IMG/VR virus record: IMGVR_UViG_2799112330_000002
Location: 160,001 to 224,000 of that record
Reading direction: 5' to 3' (one strand)
Source of the DNA: a virus
Taxonomy: Duplodnaviria > Heunggongvirae > Uroviricota > Caudoviricetes
Length of the DNA stretch: 64,000 nucleotides
Shown: in pieces, positions 39,928 to 49,954 of the stretch
Position numbering within the stretch: position 1 is the stretch's first letter
Layout of the letters: the number at the start of each line of letters is the position of its first letter
Translations under genes and position numbers: made by a program
Notes under the pieces: model-generated
What the model saw: the letters and a program-made list of their open reading frames with translations, nothing else
What the model was told of the DNA's origin: nothing
Database searches by the model: none

Positions 39928-40335
39928 TTATGTTAAACAAAGTTTAGATTCTCTATTAACATTTTCAAGACTATCTGAGGAATGCATTCCATTTTTCATT
40001 TCATCTTTACCCCAGACTTTTCTTACTTTGTCTTTTATCTTCTTCATATCATCAATTGGATCATCACAACTCTTATGACAAGAGCAACATAGGCATTCAT
40101 CACTTGACATATATTGGCATAGATCATCATAGAAATCTTTATCCTTATGCATTATATAAAGTTCTTTAGCTGTTTCAATAGGTAATTTCTTTTGTTCTTT
40201 TTGAACAACATCCCATCCATTGTTTTTCAGTAAGGTCAAAAAATCTTCAGTATGATCTAAGAATTCTGGCTTTAAGATAACAAAACCATTCAATTCATTT
40301 TGGGATTCTTTAATATGCTCAGTAAATTTCTTCAT
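39928..40335 (-). CDS. ndk: nucleoside diphosphate kinase with a capsid-targeting-like N-terminal tag
   Basis: FVILKPE, LYIMHKDKDFY, NGMHSSDS (catalytic His); starts MKKFTEHIKE. Confidence 0.85.
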   Translation of the reverse strand: MKKFTEHIKESQNELNGFVILKPEFLDHTEDFLTLLKNNGWDVVQKEQKKLPIETAKELYIMHKDKDFYDDLCQYMSSDECLCCSCHKSCDDPIDDMKKIKDKVRKVWGKDEMKNGMHSSDSLENVNRESKLCLT

Positions 40336-40357
40336 ATATATTATTTAATATTATTTA

Positions 40358-40978
40358 TTACTTTGTTTGTGAGTGCCAGCGTTTAGGCCATTTTGTCTTA
40401 TCTTTTTCAACTGGGCAATTCTTTACCATGAGACATTGATCTGCGGATGGATCAATATTCCATTTATAAAGACTATGGTTGAATGGAGTATCTTTAAACA
40501 TCATAGAAAAGTATTTAACATTCTTTACATTCCAGTTAGAAACATCTCCATTGAATTCTGATTGTGTAAACATAAATGACATTTCTTCAACATTACTTAC
40601 ATCCCATAAAGATATATCTTGATTAAACTTTGTACCATTAAACATACCAAACATATTTTTTACATTTGAAACATCCCACATAGAGAGATCTCCGTTGAAT
40701 TCGGAATTAAAAAACATGCAACGCATAGATTTAACTTTACTTACATCCCATAAAGATATATCTCCATTAAATTTAGAATAATAAAATACTTCATCCATAT
40801 CTGTTATTTTTGAAGTATCTATATCATTAAGATCAGCATTATTGCCTCTTTCTTTAATTAATTCTTTTACTAATTTTATTAATTCATCTTTTGTTTCTGG
40901 ATGATAGTTATATTTAGACTTAAGATTGTCTTTTGATAGCCTGAATTTCTCTATTATGAACTGACTTAGTTTCTTCAT
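40358..40978 (-). CDS. DUF285 / BspA-family 22-aa repeat protein, copy 3
   Basis: DLNDIDTSKITDM followed by FNGDISxWDVSNVxxMxxMF repeats; starts MKKLSQFIIE (ATG 40978). Confidence 0.9.
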   Translation of the reverse strand: MKKLSQFIIEKFRLSKDNLKSKYNYHPETKDELIKLVKELIKERGNNADLNDIDTSKITDMDEVFYYSKFNGDISLWDVSKVKSMRCMFFNSEFNGDLSMWDVSNVKNMFGMFNGTKFNQDISLWDVSNVEEMSFMFTQSEFNGDVSNWNVKNVKYFSMMFKDTPFNHSLYKWNIDPSADQCLMVKNCPVEKDKTKWPKRWHSQTK

Positions 40979-40995
40979 ATACATTATTATTTTAT

Positions 40996-41598
40996 TTATT
41001 CTTTATACCATGCTGGAGGATTCTTTTCTAATGGAGAATAACAAAACATCCATTTCATATCTTTAACATTACTTACATCCCATCCCGTTATATCTCCATT
41101 AAACTTAGATTTTTCAAACATTTTAAACATATACTTAACATTACTTACATCCCATTCTGATATATCTCCAGTAAATTGTGACTCCTGAAACATGCATGAC
41201 ATATTTTCAACATTACTTACATTCCATTTAGAGATATCTCCATTAAATTTTGACCTATAAAACATACATGCCATTTTTTTAACATTGCTTACATCCCATC
41301 CTGATATATCTCCATTAAACACTGATTCTTGAAACATATATTGCATATCTTTTACATTACTTACATCCCATAAAGAGATGTCTCCATTGAATTCTGATTC
41401 TGAAAATATATCAAACATATTGGTAATTTTAGAAGTATCTATATCATTAAGATCTGCATCATTACCTCTTTCTTCAATGAGTTTCTTTACTAATTCTTTT
41501 AGTTCATCTTTTGTCTTAGGATGATAGTTATAATGATGTTCAAGATTGTCTTTTGATAAGCGAAATTTCTCTATAATGAACTGGTTTAGTTTCTTCAT
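40996..41598 (-). CDS. DUF285 / BspA-family repeat protein, copy 2
   Basis: Same repeats; starts MKKLNQFIIE. Confidence 0.9.
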   Translation of the reverse strand: MKKLNQFIIEKFRLSKDNLEHHYNYHPKTKDELKELVKKLIEERGNDADLNDIDTSKITNMFDIFSESEFNGDISLWDVSNVKDMQYMFQESVFNGDISGWDVSNVKKMACMFYRSKFNGDISKWNVSNVENMSCMFQESQFTGDISEWDVSNVKYMFKMFEKSKFNGDITGWDVSNVKDMKWMFCYSPLEKNPPAWYKE

Positions 41599-41630
41599 AT
41601 ATATTATTATATTATTACTTTATTTATTCT

Positions 41631-42155
41631 TTAATACCATGCTGGTGGATCATCTTCTAATGGAGATTCATAAAACATATTATACATATGTTCAACATTA
41701 CTTACATCCCATTTAGATATATCTTGGCTAAACTCAGAAGCTTCAAACATTTCTTCCATATTAATAACATTTGTAACATCCCATTCAGATATGTCTCCAT
41801 CAAATTTAGAACTAGCAAACATATGATCCATATTCTTAACATTGTTTACATCCCATTGAGATATATCTCCATTAAATTTAGATTCTGCAAACATATAACG
41901 CATATCTTCAACATTACTTACATTCCATTCAGAGATGTTTCCATTAAAATTAGAATTCCAAAATAAAAAAGCCATATCAGTAATTTCTGCTGTATCTATA
42001 TCATTAAGATCAGCATTATTGCCTCTTTCTTTAATTAATTTATCTACTAATTTACTTAGTTGATCTTTTGTCTTAGGAGATTTATATGTTAGTTCTCTAA
42101 TATTATCTCTTGATAGTCTGAATTTTTCTGTTATGAACTGATTTAGTTTTTTCAT
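41631..42155 (-). CDS. DUF285 / BspA-family repeat protein, copy 1
   Basis: Same repeats; starts MKKLNQFITE. Confidence 0.9.
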   Translation of the reverse strand: MKKLNQFITEKFRLSRDNIRELTYKSPKTKDQLSKLVDKLIKERGNNADLNDIDTAEITDMAFLFWNSNFNGNISEWNVSNVEDMRYMFAESKFNGDISQWDVNNVKNMDHMFASSKFDGDISEWDVTNVINMEEMFEASEFSQDISKWDVSNVEHMYNMFYESPLEDDPPAWY

Positions 42156-42164
42156 ATATTATGT

Positions 42165-43079
42165 TTATATTGTATTTGTATTGAAGAAGTAATCAGCGCT
42201 ATGATTTTTCTGAACCCATTCTTCTATTTTTTGTATTTCTTCAGAAGCCATATCTGAAAATCTTGAATAGTTGATTGTTACTCCGCCGGGCATACGGAAT
42301 TCAAATGCACCCATAATAGTAGACATACTTCTAAGTCCAAATGCAACACATAGTCTAAAGAAATAATAGTTCTTATATAAATCTTGTATCTTACATCTTA
42401 TAAATGTTTGTAATACCACATCTGATGGTCCAAGATCTCCCATTATTACTAAATCATTAGAGAATTCATTATAGTTGAAAGTTACAGGAACATCAAATAC
42501 AGATTTGAATGTACTGATTTCATAAAGTCCAGCAACCATGTCTGTCAATCTGTATCCTGAACCGTCTCCATAAGTGTCTGTCAAAGTACCGCCAGCACCA
42601 GATGCTAATATAGTATTGTTTATTACCATACGTTCTAGTGAAAAGTCTGACATTGCTCCATAATAATAGTTTGGATTTACTTTATATACACCAAAAACAC
42701 TAAGTACTTGTGGAGGTAGTTTGACAGTTGTATTATTGCATTTCCTACAAAAGTCTCTGTTTCGTACAACAAAATATCTTTCTTCAATACAGAAATCACA
42801 ATTCTGCCAAAACCATTGGGCCGCTTGAATAATAAGTGGGGGAATAGATGCTGCTGGAATAGGAAGAGGCAAAGCGCATGATTGAGTCAATTCCTGAATA
42901 ATTCTCTGAATGAACTGATAATCAATCTGATCTTCCTGCTTTTGTCTAAGCTTCAAATAATCCTGCATTGATGTTGTTTGTGTAACTGGCTGATTTCCAT
43001 TTGGATTTGTTCCAGAATTGTTTTGTGTAGGATCAATTGTTATATTGTTTATTCTATCTTGAACTGTATTACAAGCCAT
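42165..43079 (-). CDS. neck / head-tail adaptor protein (T4 gp13-like)
   Basis: IIQAAQWFWQN, KLPPQVLSVFGV, C-terminal FRMPGGVTINY..A.EEI characteristic of gp13. Confidence 0.75.
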   Translation of the reverse strand: MACNTVQDRINNITIDPTQNNSGTNPNGNQPVTQTTSMQDYLKLRQKQEDQIDYQFIQRIIQELTQSCALPLPIPAASIPPLIIQAAQWFWQNCDFCIEERYFVVRNRDFCRKCNNTTVKLPPQVLSVFGVYKVNPNYYYGAMSDFSLERMVINNTILASGAGGTLTDTYGDGSGYRLTDMVAGLYEISTFKSVFDVPVTFNYNEFSNDLVIMGDLGPSDVVLQTFIRCKIQDLYKNYYFFRLCVAFGLRSMSTIMGAFEFRMPGGVTINYSRFSDMASEEIQKIEEWVQKNHSADYFFNTNTI

Positions 43080-43284
43080 TTCTTAACTATTATTGATATA
43101 TATATTAAAAATAAAAAAGTTAGTATTAAAAATAGGTAAAAAAATTATACGTTCCCAATTGAAAACAGCACGAATCTTAAACTATTTTTATATTAATTAA
43201 ATATTTATTAACGATTATTTGGCAGATTATTGAGCAATTTTCTCACTTCTATTATTTAAAAATATGTGTATGTGTAAGAAATAA

Positions 43285-46200
43285 ATGGGTAATCCAGATT
43301 TTAATAATATAAGAAAACTAAATGAGATATATACTAATAAAGCTCAACAGTCTTTAACTGAAATTCTTAAATCATTTAGTTGTATATCTAATAATATAAA
43401 TCAAGAAATAATTCCCTTTAAGTATTCAAATATAAGGTTTGATGGATGTACTTCTGATGAACAACAACATTTTATCAATGACCAGTTACAACTTATTGAA
43501 TGCTTAGTAACTGATTCTATTTATGCTAAACAAGGATCTGTATATAACTGGAAATATATATATGATCTTTTGTATGATGAGAACTATGCAAAGACAGATA
43601 AGAAATATCGTAAAGTTGTATATTCTACATCATCAACAATTCGTCCCGTTGGACAAACATCTTTTCAAACATGGAATGGACTTCAGATAATTGACTTAGA
43701 TATCAAGAACAGTACAATAGCAAATTCATTAAAAGACATATTATTTGATGAGTTGTCTAAGTTTCATTGGTTTTTAGGACTATGTAGATCAGCTTCAAGA
43801 AATTCATTACATATATGGACAAAAATCACTCCATTGACAATAGACAATAGTAAACGTAGAGTAGAATATATATGTAATTTCAGACACAAGTATTCATATA
43901 TCTATATTATATTACTTAAATATGCTTCACAGTTTGGTTATACAAAAGAAGACATCTTTAAGTATATGGATATGGCAATGTGCAAGCCTCAACAGGGTAT
44001 CTTCATATCTTCGGATAATGCTTATCTTTCAACAAATTTCTATGATACAAGATTGGATGTAAATTTTGAAGCCGCATTCAACACAGGAATAGAATCAATC
44101 AATTGGATTTCTCATAATGATCTTAAAGACATATTTGCAAAATTGGAATGGTTTACAGTTGATGAATTCTATGAGAACAAGCATATTTCTGTGGAACAAT
44201 TAGAAAACCTTACTGATTATGACAAGACAAAGGCAAAGGGAAAGAAACACTATAAGCACTCTCAACGTTGGCAGTTAGCAAATACACTTACTTCATTATT
44301 CGGAGAGGCAAAAGCATTTGAGATATTTTGTAATATATGTTCTGGTACATCAATAAGGGAGTTAAAAGGTGATATCAAGACAGCAGCAATTCATAACAAA
44401 CCAATATCAAAATGGGCTGTAAAAGAATTGAACAAACAACATGGATTCAATATAAAGATAAAAGATGATAATACAGATGTTATAGACAAAATTGCAAAAG
44501 AAATTGAAAATAGTGATAATGACAAATTAGATCCCATAAAGATATTGAATGACAAGACAGAACATGTAACATTATATATGACAAAGGATCAATATCTAAG
44601 TGACATACAAGATCAAATTATTAGTAATTTGTCTCATATAACATTATTGGAAGCTGGTGCTGGTTATGGAAAGACGGAGATGATAAAGGGATTGAAAGCA
44701 AAGACATTATTAATATTGCCTTTCACATCAACAATAAAAGCAAAAGTTGAAGCAGATGAAAAGACGTCAGATTGGCTTTACTTCTATGGAAACAAAAGAC
44801 CAGATCTTATTGACATATTGGGAACACAAAACATTTCTATGACAATTGACAAATTTTCAAGGTTGAATGTATATGAATTGGATACAGCAAACTTTGAATA
44901 TATTGTAATTGATGAGTCACATCTTCTTTTCACAAGTTCATATAGAGATGTTATGGGACCATGTATTCAAAGGTTGGCAAATTGTAAAGCAAAAATCATT
45001 ATGATGACAGGAACACCAACAGGAGAAATATTGTTCTTCCCAAATATCAAACATATAAAAGTAAAGAAGGAAGATGTAAGAGACAAGACATGTGATTTTG
45101 TATTAGTTCCAACAGTAACAGAGCAGTTGTATGAAATGTGCAGATCAATTGCTGAGGATATAAGGGATGGCAAGAAGATATTATTTCCGACAAATAAGGG
45201 CAATATATATTATGAACAGATATTAGGTATCATCCATCATATATTAGATAAAGAGTTTCATTCCGATAGGCAAATAAAGTCATTTTATTATAAGAAGGCA
45301 AAATACGGTGAAGATGCAATGGAAGACATTAATAACAATAAGACAATTGGGGACTACGATATCATATTTTGTACAACTTATCTTTCGGTAGGAGTAGACA
45401 TTTGTGACAAATATAATTTTAGTATATATTTTAGTGATCCATTGATTCCTCAGGACATTGAACAGTATGCTAATAGACTAAGAAACAATAATCTTCATAT
45501 AAAAATGTTCTTACCTTATGAAGACAATAATGGATTTACAATTATTGGAGAGACAGTTAAGAAATTAGATCTATCATTTGATCAGAGGGATCTTATTTTT
45601 GCAAGAGACTTAGTGAAGACATGTAATGATATGCTTGAAAGAAATGAAGAAGAAGCAAAATATAATCCTCTTATATCTAGTCTATTGTCTACAAAAACAT
45701 ATTTGAAATATGATGAGAATGATTGCAGATATTATATAGATGAAACAACATATAAGTTGCATGTATTTGAAGAAAGATATTCAGAATTTGGAAAACAGTT
45801 GTCTATAATGGCAGATGGATTAAGATACTATGGATATAACACTCATATTATAAAGAAGACAGATAGAGCAACAGACAATAAAGATAAAATTGATGAGATA
45901 TTGAGAAACTGTAGAAACTTCAAATTCAATGAGGACACAATAAAGATAAAGAAATTCTTAAATCAACTTAATGATGGGAATATTGATTTCTATAAAGAAC
46001 TTCAAAAGGGTAATTATGCAGTTTTCAGAGATAAAGATGAAAAGAATGTAAAGACCAGAGAAGAAAACAATCTATATGTTGAAGACATTGAAATATTGGA
46101 AAAGCATATGCCTATTATATCTAGTCTCTATAAATATTATGATTGTGACACTATAAGAACAATTTATGAATATTGTATAGATCTAAAGTCTAATAGATTG

Positions 46201-46893
46201 AATGTCAGTAAACTAAGAAGAATCAGATCATTTGTAAGTATTGAAATGTCTAGACGAAAGAAACGATTAGACTTCCCAATATTAAGATTTATTACTGATT
46301 GTAGAAAATGGGCTCTTGATAATCCTGTTACAACAAAGTTAGATATTGATATGTTCTTAGCAACTTGGACTTGTAAATATTGTAATAGTATAAAAGATAT
46401 CATTATTGAAGACAAAGACTATTTGAATTATATGTATGAAATAGTACAAGAATATTGGAAAATAGTCATCATTCAATCTAATCCAAAATCTAAGAACATT
46501 CATATACATCCATTTGAACTATTATGGGAAACAAAGAATGAATTGTCAGATATCTATGGAAATCAGAATACAAAACTTTTCTTTATAAATGAATTGATGA
46601 ATGAGCAAAAACCATTAGATCCAAATGATGAAGATGAAGAATCACTTCCAGATTTCACTAAAGAAAGTAAGTTAAAAGTTGCAGATATTATACAAGACAT
46701 TCCAAATATCATACATAAGGAATTTGACTATTATACTTATTCTGAACTTGATGAATCTAACAAGAGATTTATGAGAAAGCAGGAAAATACTAATCCAATC
46801 AAGGACAACATATTCTATAATGCTTATGTTCATAACAACAATGATTCAGAAAAGATAGATAAGACAGACTTATTTACAGATGTACCATTCTAA
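43285..46893 (+). CDS. AEP-type primase/polymerase (VirE-N-like) fused to an SF2 DExH helicase (origin-binding-protein-like)
   Basis: WNGLQIIDLD and SASRNSLHIW (AEP motifs); AGAGYGKT, DESH, TGT, YLSVGVDI and EQYANRLR (SF2 motifs I, II, III, V, VI). Confidence 0.8.
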   Translation: MGNPDFNNIRKLNEIYTNKAQQSLTEILKSFSCISNNINQEIIPFKYSNIRFDGCTSDEQQHFINDQLQLIECLVTDSIYAKQGSVYNWKYIYDLLYDENYAKTDKKYRKVVYSTSSTIRPVGQTSFQTWNGLQIIDLDIKNSTIANSLKDILFDELSKFHWFLGLCRSASRNSLHIWTKITPLTIDNSKRRVEYICNFRHKYSYIYIILLKYASQFGYTKEDIFKYMDMAMCKPQQGIFISSDNAYLSTNFYDTRLDVNFEAAFNTGIESINWISHNDLKDIFAKLEWFTVDEFYENKHISVEQLENLTDYDKTKAKGKKHYKHSQRWQLANTLTSLFGEAKAFEIFCNICSGTSIRELKGDIKTAAIHNKPISKWAVKELNKQHGFNIKIKDDNTDVIDKIAKEIENSDNDKLDPIKILNDKTEHVTLYMTKDQYLSDIQDQIISNLSHITLLEAGAGYGKTEMIKGLKAKTLLILPFTSTIKAKVEADEKTSDWLYFYGNKRPDLIDILGTQNISMTIDKFSRLNVYELDTANFEYIVIDESHLLFTSSYRDVMGPCIQRLANCKAKIIMMTGTPTGEILFFPNIKHIKVKKEDVRDKTCDFVLVPTVTEQLYEMCRSIAEDIRDGKKILFPTNKGNIYYEQILGIIHHILDKEFHSDRQIKSFYYKKAKYGEDAMEDINNNKTIGDYDIIFCTTYLSVGVDICDKYNFSIYFSDPLIPQDIEQYANRLRNNNLHIKMFLPYEDNNGFTIIGETVKKLDLSFDQRDLIFARDLVKTCNDMLERNEEEAKYNPLISSLLSTKTYLKYDENDCRYYIDETTYKLHVFEERYSEFGKQLSIMADGLRYYGYNTHIIKKTDRATDNKDKIDEILRNCRNFKFNEDTIKIKKFLNQLNDGNIDFYKELQKGNYAVFRDKDEKNVKTREENNLYVEDIEILEKHMPIISSLYKYYDCDTIRTIYEYCIDLKSNRLNVSKLRRIRSFVSIEMSRRKKRLDFPILRFITDCRKWALDNPVTTKLDIDMFLATWTCKYCNSIKDIIIEDKDYLNYMYEIVQEYWKIVIIQSNPKSKNIHIHPFELLWETKNELSDIYGNQNTKLFFINELMNEQKPLDPNDEDEESLPDFTKESKLKVADIIQDIPNIIHKEFDYYTYSELDESNKRFMRKQENTNPIKDNIFYNAYVHNNNDSEKIDKTDLFTDVPF

Positions 46894-46934
46894 TACTATA
46901 TAAAGACACACATACATACACATACATAATAGAT

Positions 46935-46976
46935 AAAGAACCATGAAGTCAATCTAAAATACTTTGTGGTTCTTTT
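46935..46976 (+). terminator. intrinsic terminator
   Basis: AAAGAACCATGAAGT...ACTTTGTGGTTCTTTT. Confidence 0.7.
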
Positions 46977-47039
46977 AAATTTTGATCTCTGATGATCTAT
47001 ATTAATATTATATAAAACTGTTAAATTGATAATAAAAAT

Positions 47040-48185
47040 ATGATTGAAGAAAAGAAAGGTTATTCTTATAATGATTTGACTATTATTCCTGAAGTCATTT
47101 CAAGTGTATCATCTCGTTCAGAATGTGATTGTAGAGAAGATAATGAATTCTTGCCGATATTTACAGCACCTATGGCAAGTGTAGTTAATGAAGACAACAT
47201 AGATATTTTTTATGAAAATGGAATAAATGCAATAATTCCAAGAAACATTGATTTAAAAGTTCGTAAAAAATATATGAATGAAGAACATTGGGTTGCTTTA
47301 TCATTAAAGGAATTTAGAGATCTGTTTGTCAATAACTATTTAGATAGAGTTGGAACTTCAGATACATCCTATTATATTTGTGTGGATATTGCTAATGGGC
47401 ATATGAAGTCATTATATGAAACTTGTCATACAGCTAAGAAAAATGCAATTGCTGCTGGGTATAAATTGACTATCATGACTGGTAATATAGCTAATCCTAA
47501 AACATATGAATGGATTTGCAGATTTAATAATAAAAATGACATTAAAGTAATTGATTATATTAGAGTTGGGATCGGCGGCGGTTCAGGCTGTATCACTACA
47601 TCTAATGTGAGTATTCACTACCCACAAGCAAGTTTAATTGATGAATGTTATAAAGTAAAGCTAAAATATTTCTTAAAAGATTGCCCGTTTATTATTGCTG
47701 ATGGAGGTATTCGTAATTATGATCATGTAATCAAGGCTTTAGCATTAGGAGCAGATTATGTTATGATTGGTAGTCTATTTGCACAGTGTATTGAATCATC
47801 TGGAGATAAATATTTTCAATCTAATGATGTATTTATTTATGATGAATGGGATCCAAATTATTTTAAAATTAATAATGATGGTGAATGGACTGGTAAATTA
47901 AAAGTTTGGAATGATATTGATTATATTGGGCCACTTGAAGTAAAGTTCTTTGGTATGGCTTCTGCAGATGGACAGAAATCTATATCTGGGCATAAGACAA
48001 AGACTGCAGAAGGAATCACAAAATATTTACCGGTTAAATATACATTAAAGGGATGGGTAAACAACATGGAAAGTTATCTTCGTTCAGCAATGTCTTATTG
48101 TGATTGTAAAGAGCTTAATGACTTCATTGGAAAACCAAGACTTATTCCAAATAGTATATCAGAAATACAAGCAGTAAATAAATAG
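47040..48185 (+). CDS. guaC: GMP reductase (IMPDH/GMPR family, no CBS domains)
   Basis: PIFTAPM, VDIANGH, TGNIA, RVGIGGGSGCIT, IIADGGIR, LGADYVMIG, FFGMAS, TAEG. Confidence 0.75.
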   Translation: MIEEKKGYSYNDLTIIPEVISSVSSRSECDCREDNEFLPIFTAPMASVVNEDNIDIFYENGINAIIPRNIDLKVRKKYMNEEHWVALSLKEFRDLFVNNYLDRVGTSDTSYYICVDIANGHMKSLYETCHTAKKNAIAAGYKLTIMTGNIANPKTYEWICRFNNKNDIKVIDYIRVGIGGGSGCITTSNVSIHYPQASLIDECYKVKLKYFLKDCPFIIADGGIRNYDHVIKALALGADYVMIGSLFAQCIESSGDKYFQSNDVFIYDEWDPNYFKINNDGEWTGKLKVWNDIDYIGPLEVKFFGMASADGQKSISGHKTKTAEGITKYLPVKYTLKGWVNNMESYLRSAMSYCDCKELNDFIGKPRLIPNSISEIQAVNK

Positions 48186-48196
48186 AAATAATATAT

Positions 48197-48844
48197 ATGA
48201 AAGATAGAGAGTTTTATGCATGTGATCTATGTAAGACAATGACTGATGAAAAGCATTTGTTAGAGAATGCAAGTTTTCCATGTGCTCATTGCAAAGGTGA
48301 CCATAATAAGTTCAGAGCATCTAAGCAGTTTACACAGTTTTTATTGAGAAACAATTATAAGCTTAAGCCATTTAATTCAGTAAAAATCATAATTGGATTT
48401 CCTGGTGTTGGTAAGACATATTGTAAAGAATACTTCAAAGGTGGTAGTATCAAAGTGTTAGATAGTGATAGTTCAAATTTTAGTAAAGATAATTTCCCTC
48501 ATAACTATATTGATTTCATAAAAGAAGTCATATATAAGAATGATGCTGACTTATTATTTGTTTCTTCTCATGAAGATGTTCGTAAAGCTATCTATAATGA
48601 TGACTTTATAATGAATAATGCCGCAATATATATTTGCTATCCAGACAAATCATTAAAAGAAGACTTCATAAACAGGTATAAGAATAGAGGCAATAATGAT
48701 AATTTCATAAACCTGATTTCTAATAATTGGGATAAGTGGATAGATGATATAGAAAAAGAAGCATATTTCTTTCCAATGAAACTTCAAGTAGAGAATGACA
48801 CATTATTTAATCAAATAAAATTATTAGCATTAAACAATATATGA
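48197..48844 (+). CDS. P-loop nucleotide-kinase-like protein with N-terminal Cys cluster
   Basis: IIGFPGVGKT, DSDSS, RYKNRGN; CDLC...CAHC at the N-terminus. Confidence 0.7.
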   Translation: MKDREFYACDLCKTMTDEKHLLENASFPCAHCKGDHNKFRASKQFTQFLLRNNYKLKPFNSVKIIIGFPGVGKTYCKEYFKGGSIKVLDSDSSNFSKDNFPHNYIDFIKEVIYKNDADLLFVSSHEDVRKAIYNDDFIMNNAAIYICYPDKSLKEDFINRYKNRGNNDNFINLISNNWDKWIDDIEKEAYFFPMKLQVENDTLFNQIKLLALNNI

Positions 48845-48951
48845 GAGACTTTTTAGAAGCAATATATGAATATCCATGGGTAACATTTTTTGTATTCATA
48901 TTATTAATGGCTATCTTAGAAAAAATTAAAGAAATATTTCACGGAGATTGA
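48841..48951 (+). CDS. 36-aa single-TM membrane peptide (not in the ORF track)
   Basis: ATGA overlap with the kinase stop; MRDFLEAIYEYPWVTFFVFILLMAILEKIKEIFHGD. Confidence 0.6.
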   Translation: MRDFLEAIYEYPWVTFFVFILLMAILEKIKEIFHGD

Positions 48952-49014
48952 ATATTCTCGGAGATTTACTATATTAATAATGTAATTAATATTATTCATT
49001 AAAAATTTAAAGTT

Positions 49015-49236
49015 ATGGCTAATTTAAATTTCAATCTCCAGGCAGCTCTCAACGGGGCAAACGTTCAAACTAAAAACGGTCAGAAGGCCAGAGTAATTTG
49101 CCAGACAAGGGACAAGATCTTGGTTCAGGTATACTCCAATATCTGTAGCTACAAGAACTATCAGGCTAAGTACAATCTTGACGGTTCACGTTGGTCTCCC
49201 AATTCGCCTTCCAATGATGACTTGGTCATGGCTTAA
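49015..49236 (+). CDS. small early phage protein
   Basis: FNLQAALNGANVQTKNGQKARVIC; strong promoter motif at 48948-48975; C-ending codon bias. Confidence 0.75.
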   Translation: MANLNFNLQAALNGANVQTKNGQKARVICQTRDKILVQVYSNICSYKNYQAKYNLDGSRWSPNSPSNDDLVMA

Positions 49237-49265
49237 TCTTCAACAAAATATTTAATTTACTGATT

Positions 49266-49496
49266 ATGTGCAAGTATAAAAGAGAAGATTTGTCTAAACG
49301 ACTTCTGGAAAGATGCCAAGTATGCATGCATGGCGGAAGAAACATCTTTCCAGATTGTGTTGACTTTGATCCAATTAAGAATTGCTATTATTTTGATGAC
49401 ATAAACGATGATGATCCTCGTGAAGAAGACTATGATTGTGGAGCTTATATGCATCAGAGTGACTATGAAGAATTGAAACAGTTGTTTGGAAAATAA
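49266..49496 (+). CDS. small Cys-rich acidic hypothetical protein
   Basis: CQVC...C...C...C; 76 aa. Confidence 0.6.
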   Translation: MCKYKREDLSKRLLERCQVCMHGGRNIFPDCVDFDPIKNCYYFDDINDDDPREEDYDCGAYMHQSDYEELKQLFGK

Positions 49497-49505
49497 TATA
49501 TATTT

Positions 49506-49703
49506 ATGGAATATTTTTTAGTATATTTAGTATTTGGGGCTTTAGTAGCTATTGTTTGCTGGTTTTTCTTTGGAAACAAATTGTCCATATTCCGTAATAT
49601 TTTCTTAATATTATTTATACTGATAAGTATTTTATGGCCATGTGTACTTATTGCAATGATCTATGCAATCATATATAATATATATCATGGTTATCTTTTT
49701 TAA
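49506..49703 (+). CDS. small two-TM membrane protein
   Basis: Two hydrophobic helices, LWP motif. Confidence 0.65.
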   Translation: MEYFLVYLVFGALVAIVCWFFFGNKLSIFRNIFLILFILISILWPCVLIAMIYAIIYNIYHGYLF

Positions 49704-49738
49704 TTATATTTTTAAATAAAATATATAAGCATTATCAT

Positions 49739-49897
49739 ATGATCTGTCAAAACAAAGAAACAAAAATCAAATATAATTTCAAAGAGCAAGCTGACAAGAA
49801 AATAAAGCTATGGAATAACCTTACAAAAAGAAAATTTGTTTCATTGGATGAATTTAATGAAAATTATAACATTATTGATAAATTTCTGTCACTTTAA
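49739..49897 (+). CDS. 52-aa hypothetical protein (not in the ORF track)
   Basis: MICQNKETKIKYNFKEQADKKIKLWNNLTKRKFVSLDEFNENYNIIDKFLSL fills the gap; TATTTTTAA at 49707. Confidence 0.45.
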   Translation: MICQNKETKIKYNFKEQADKKIKLWNNLTKRKFVSLDEFNENYNIIDKFLSL

Positions 49898-49954
49898 TAC
49901 TATATTATAATTAACTTAGAATATTAATGTTTAATCAATAAAGTTTAATTATTT

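Noticed and set aside
40358-42155. Diversity-generating retroelement acting on the DUF285 or tail fibre repeats
   Set aside because: No reverse transcriptase in the window and no non-coding template repeat; differences between repeats are not confined to adenines.
46905-46928. ACACACATACATACACATACATA microsatellite-like run
   Set aside because: Short, imperfect and in a 3' UTR before a terminator; no evidence of function.
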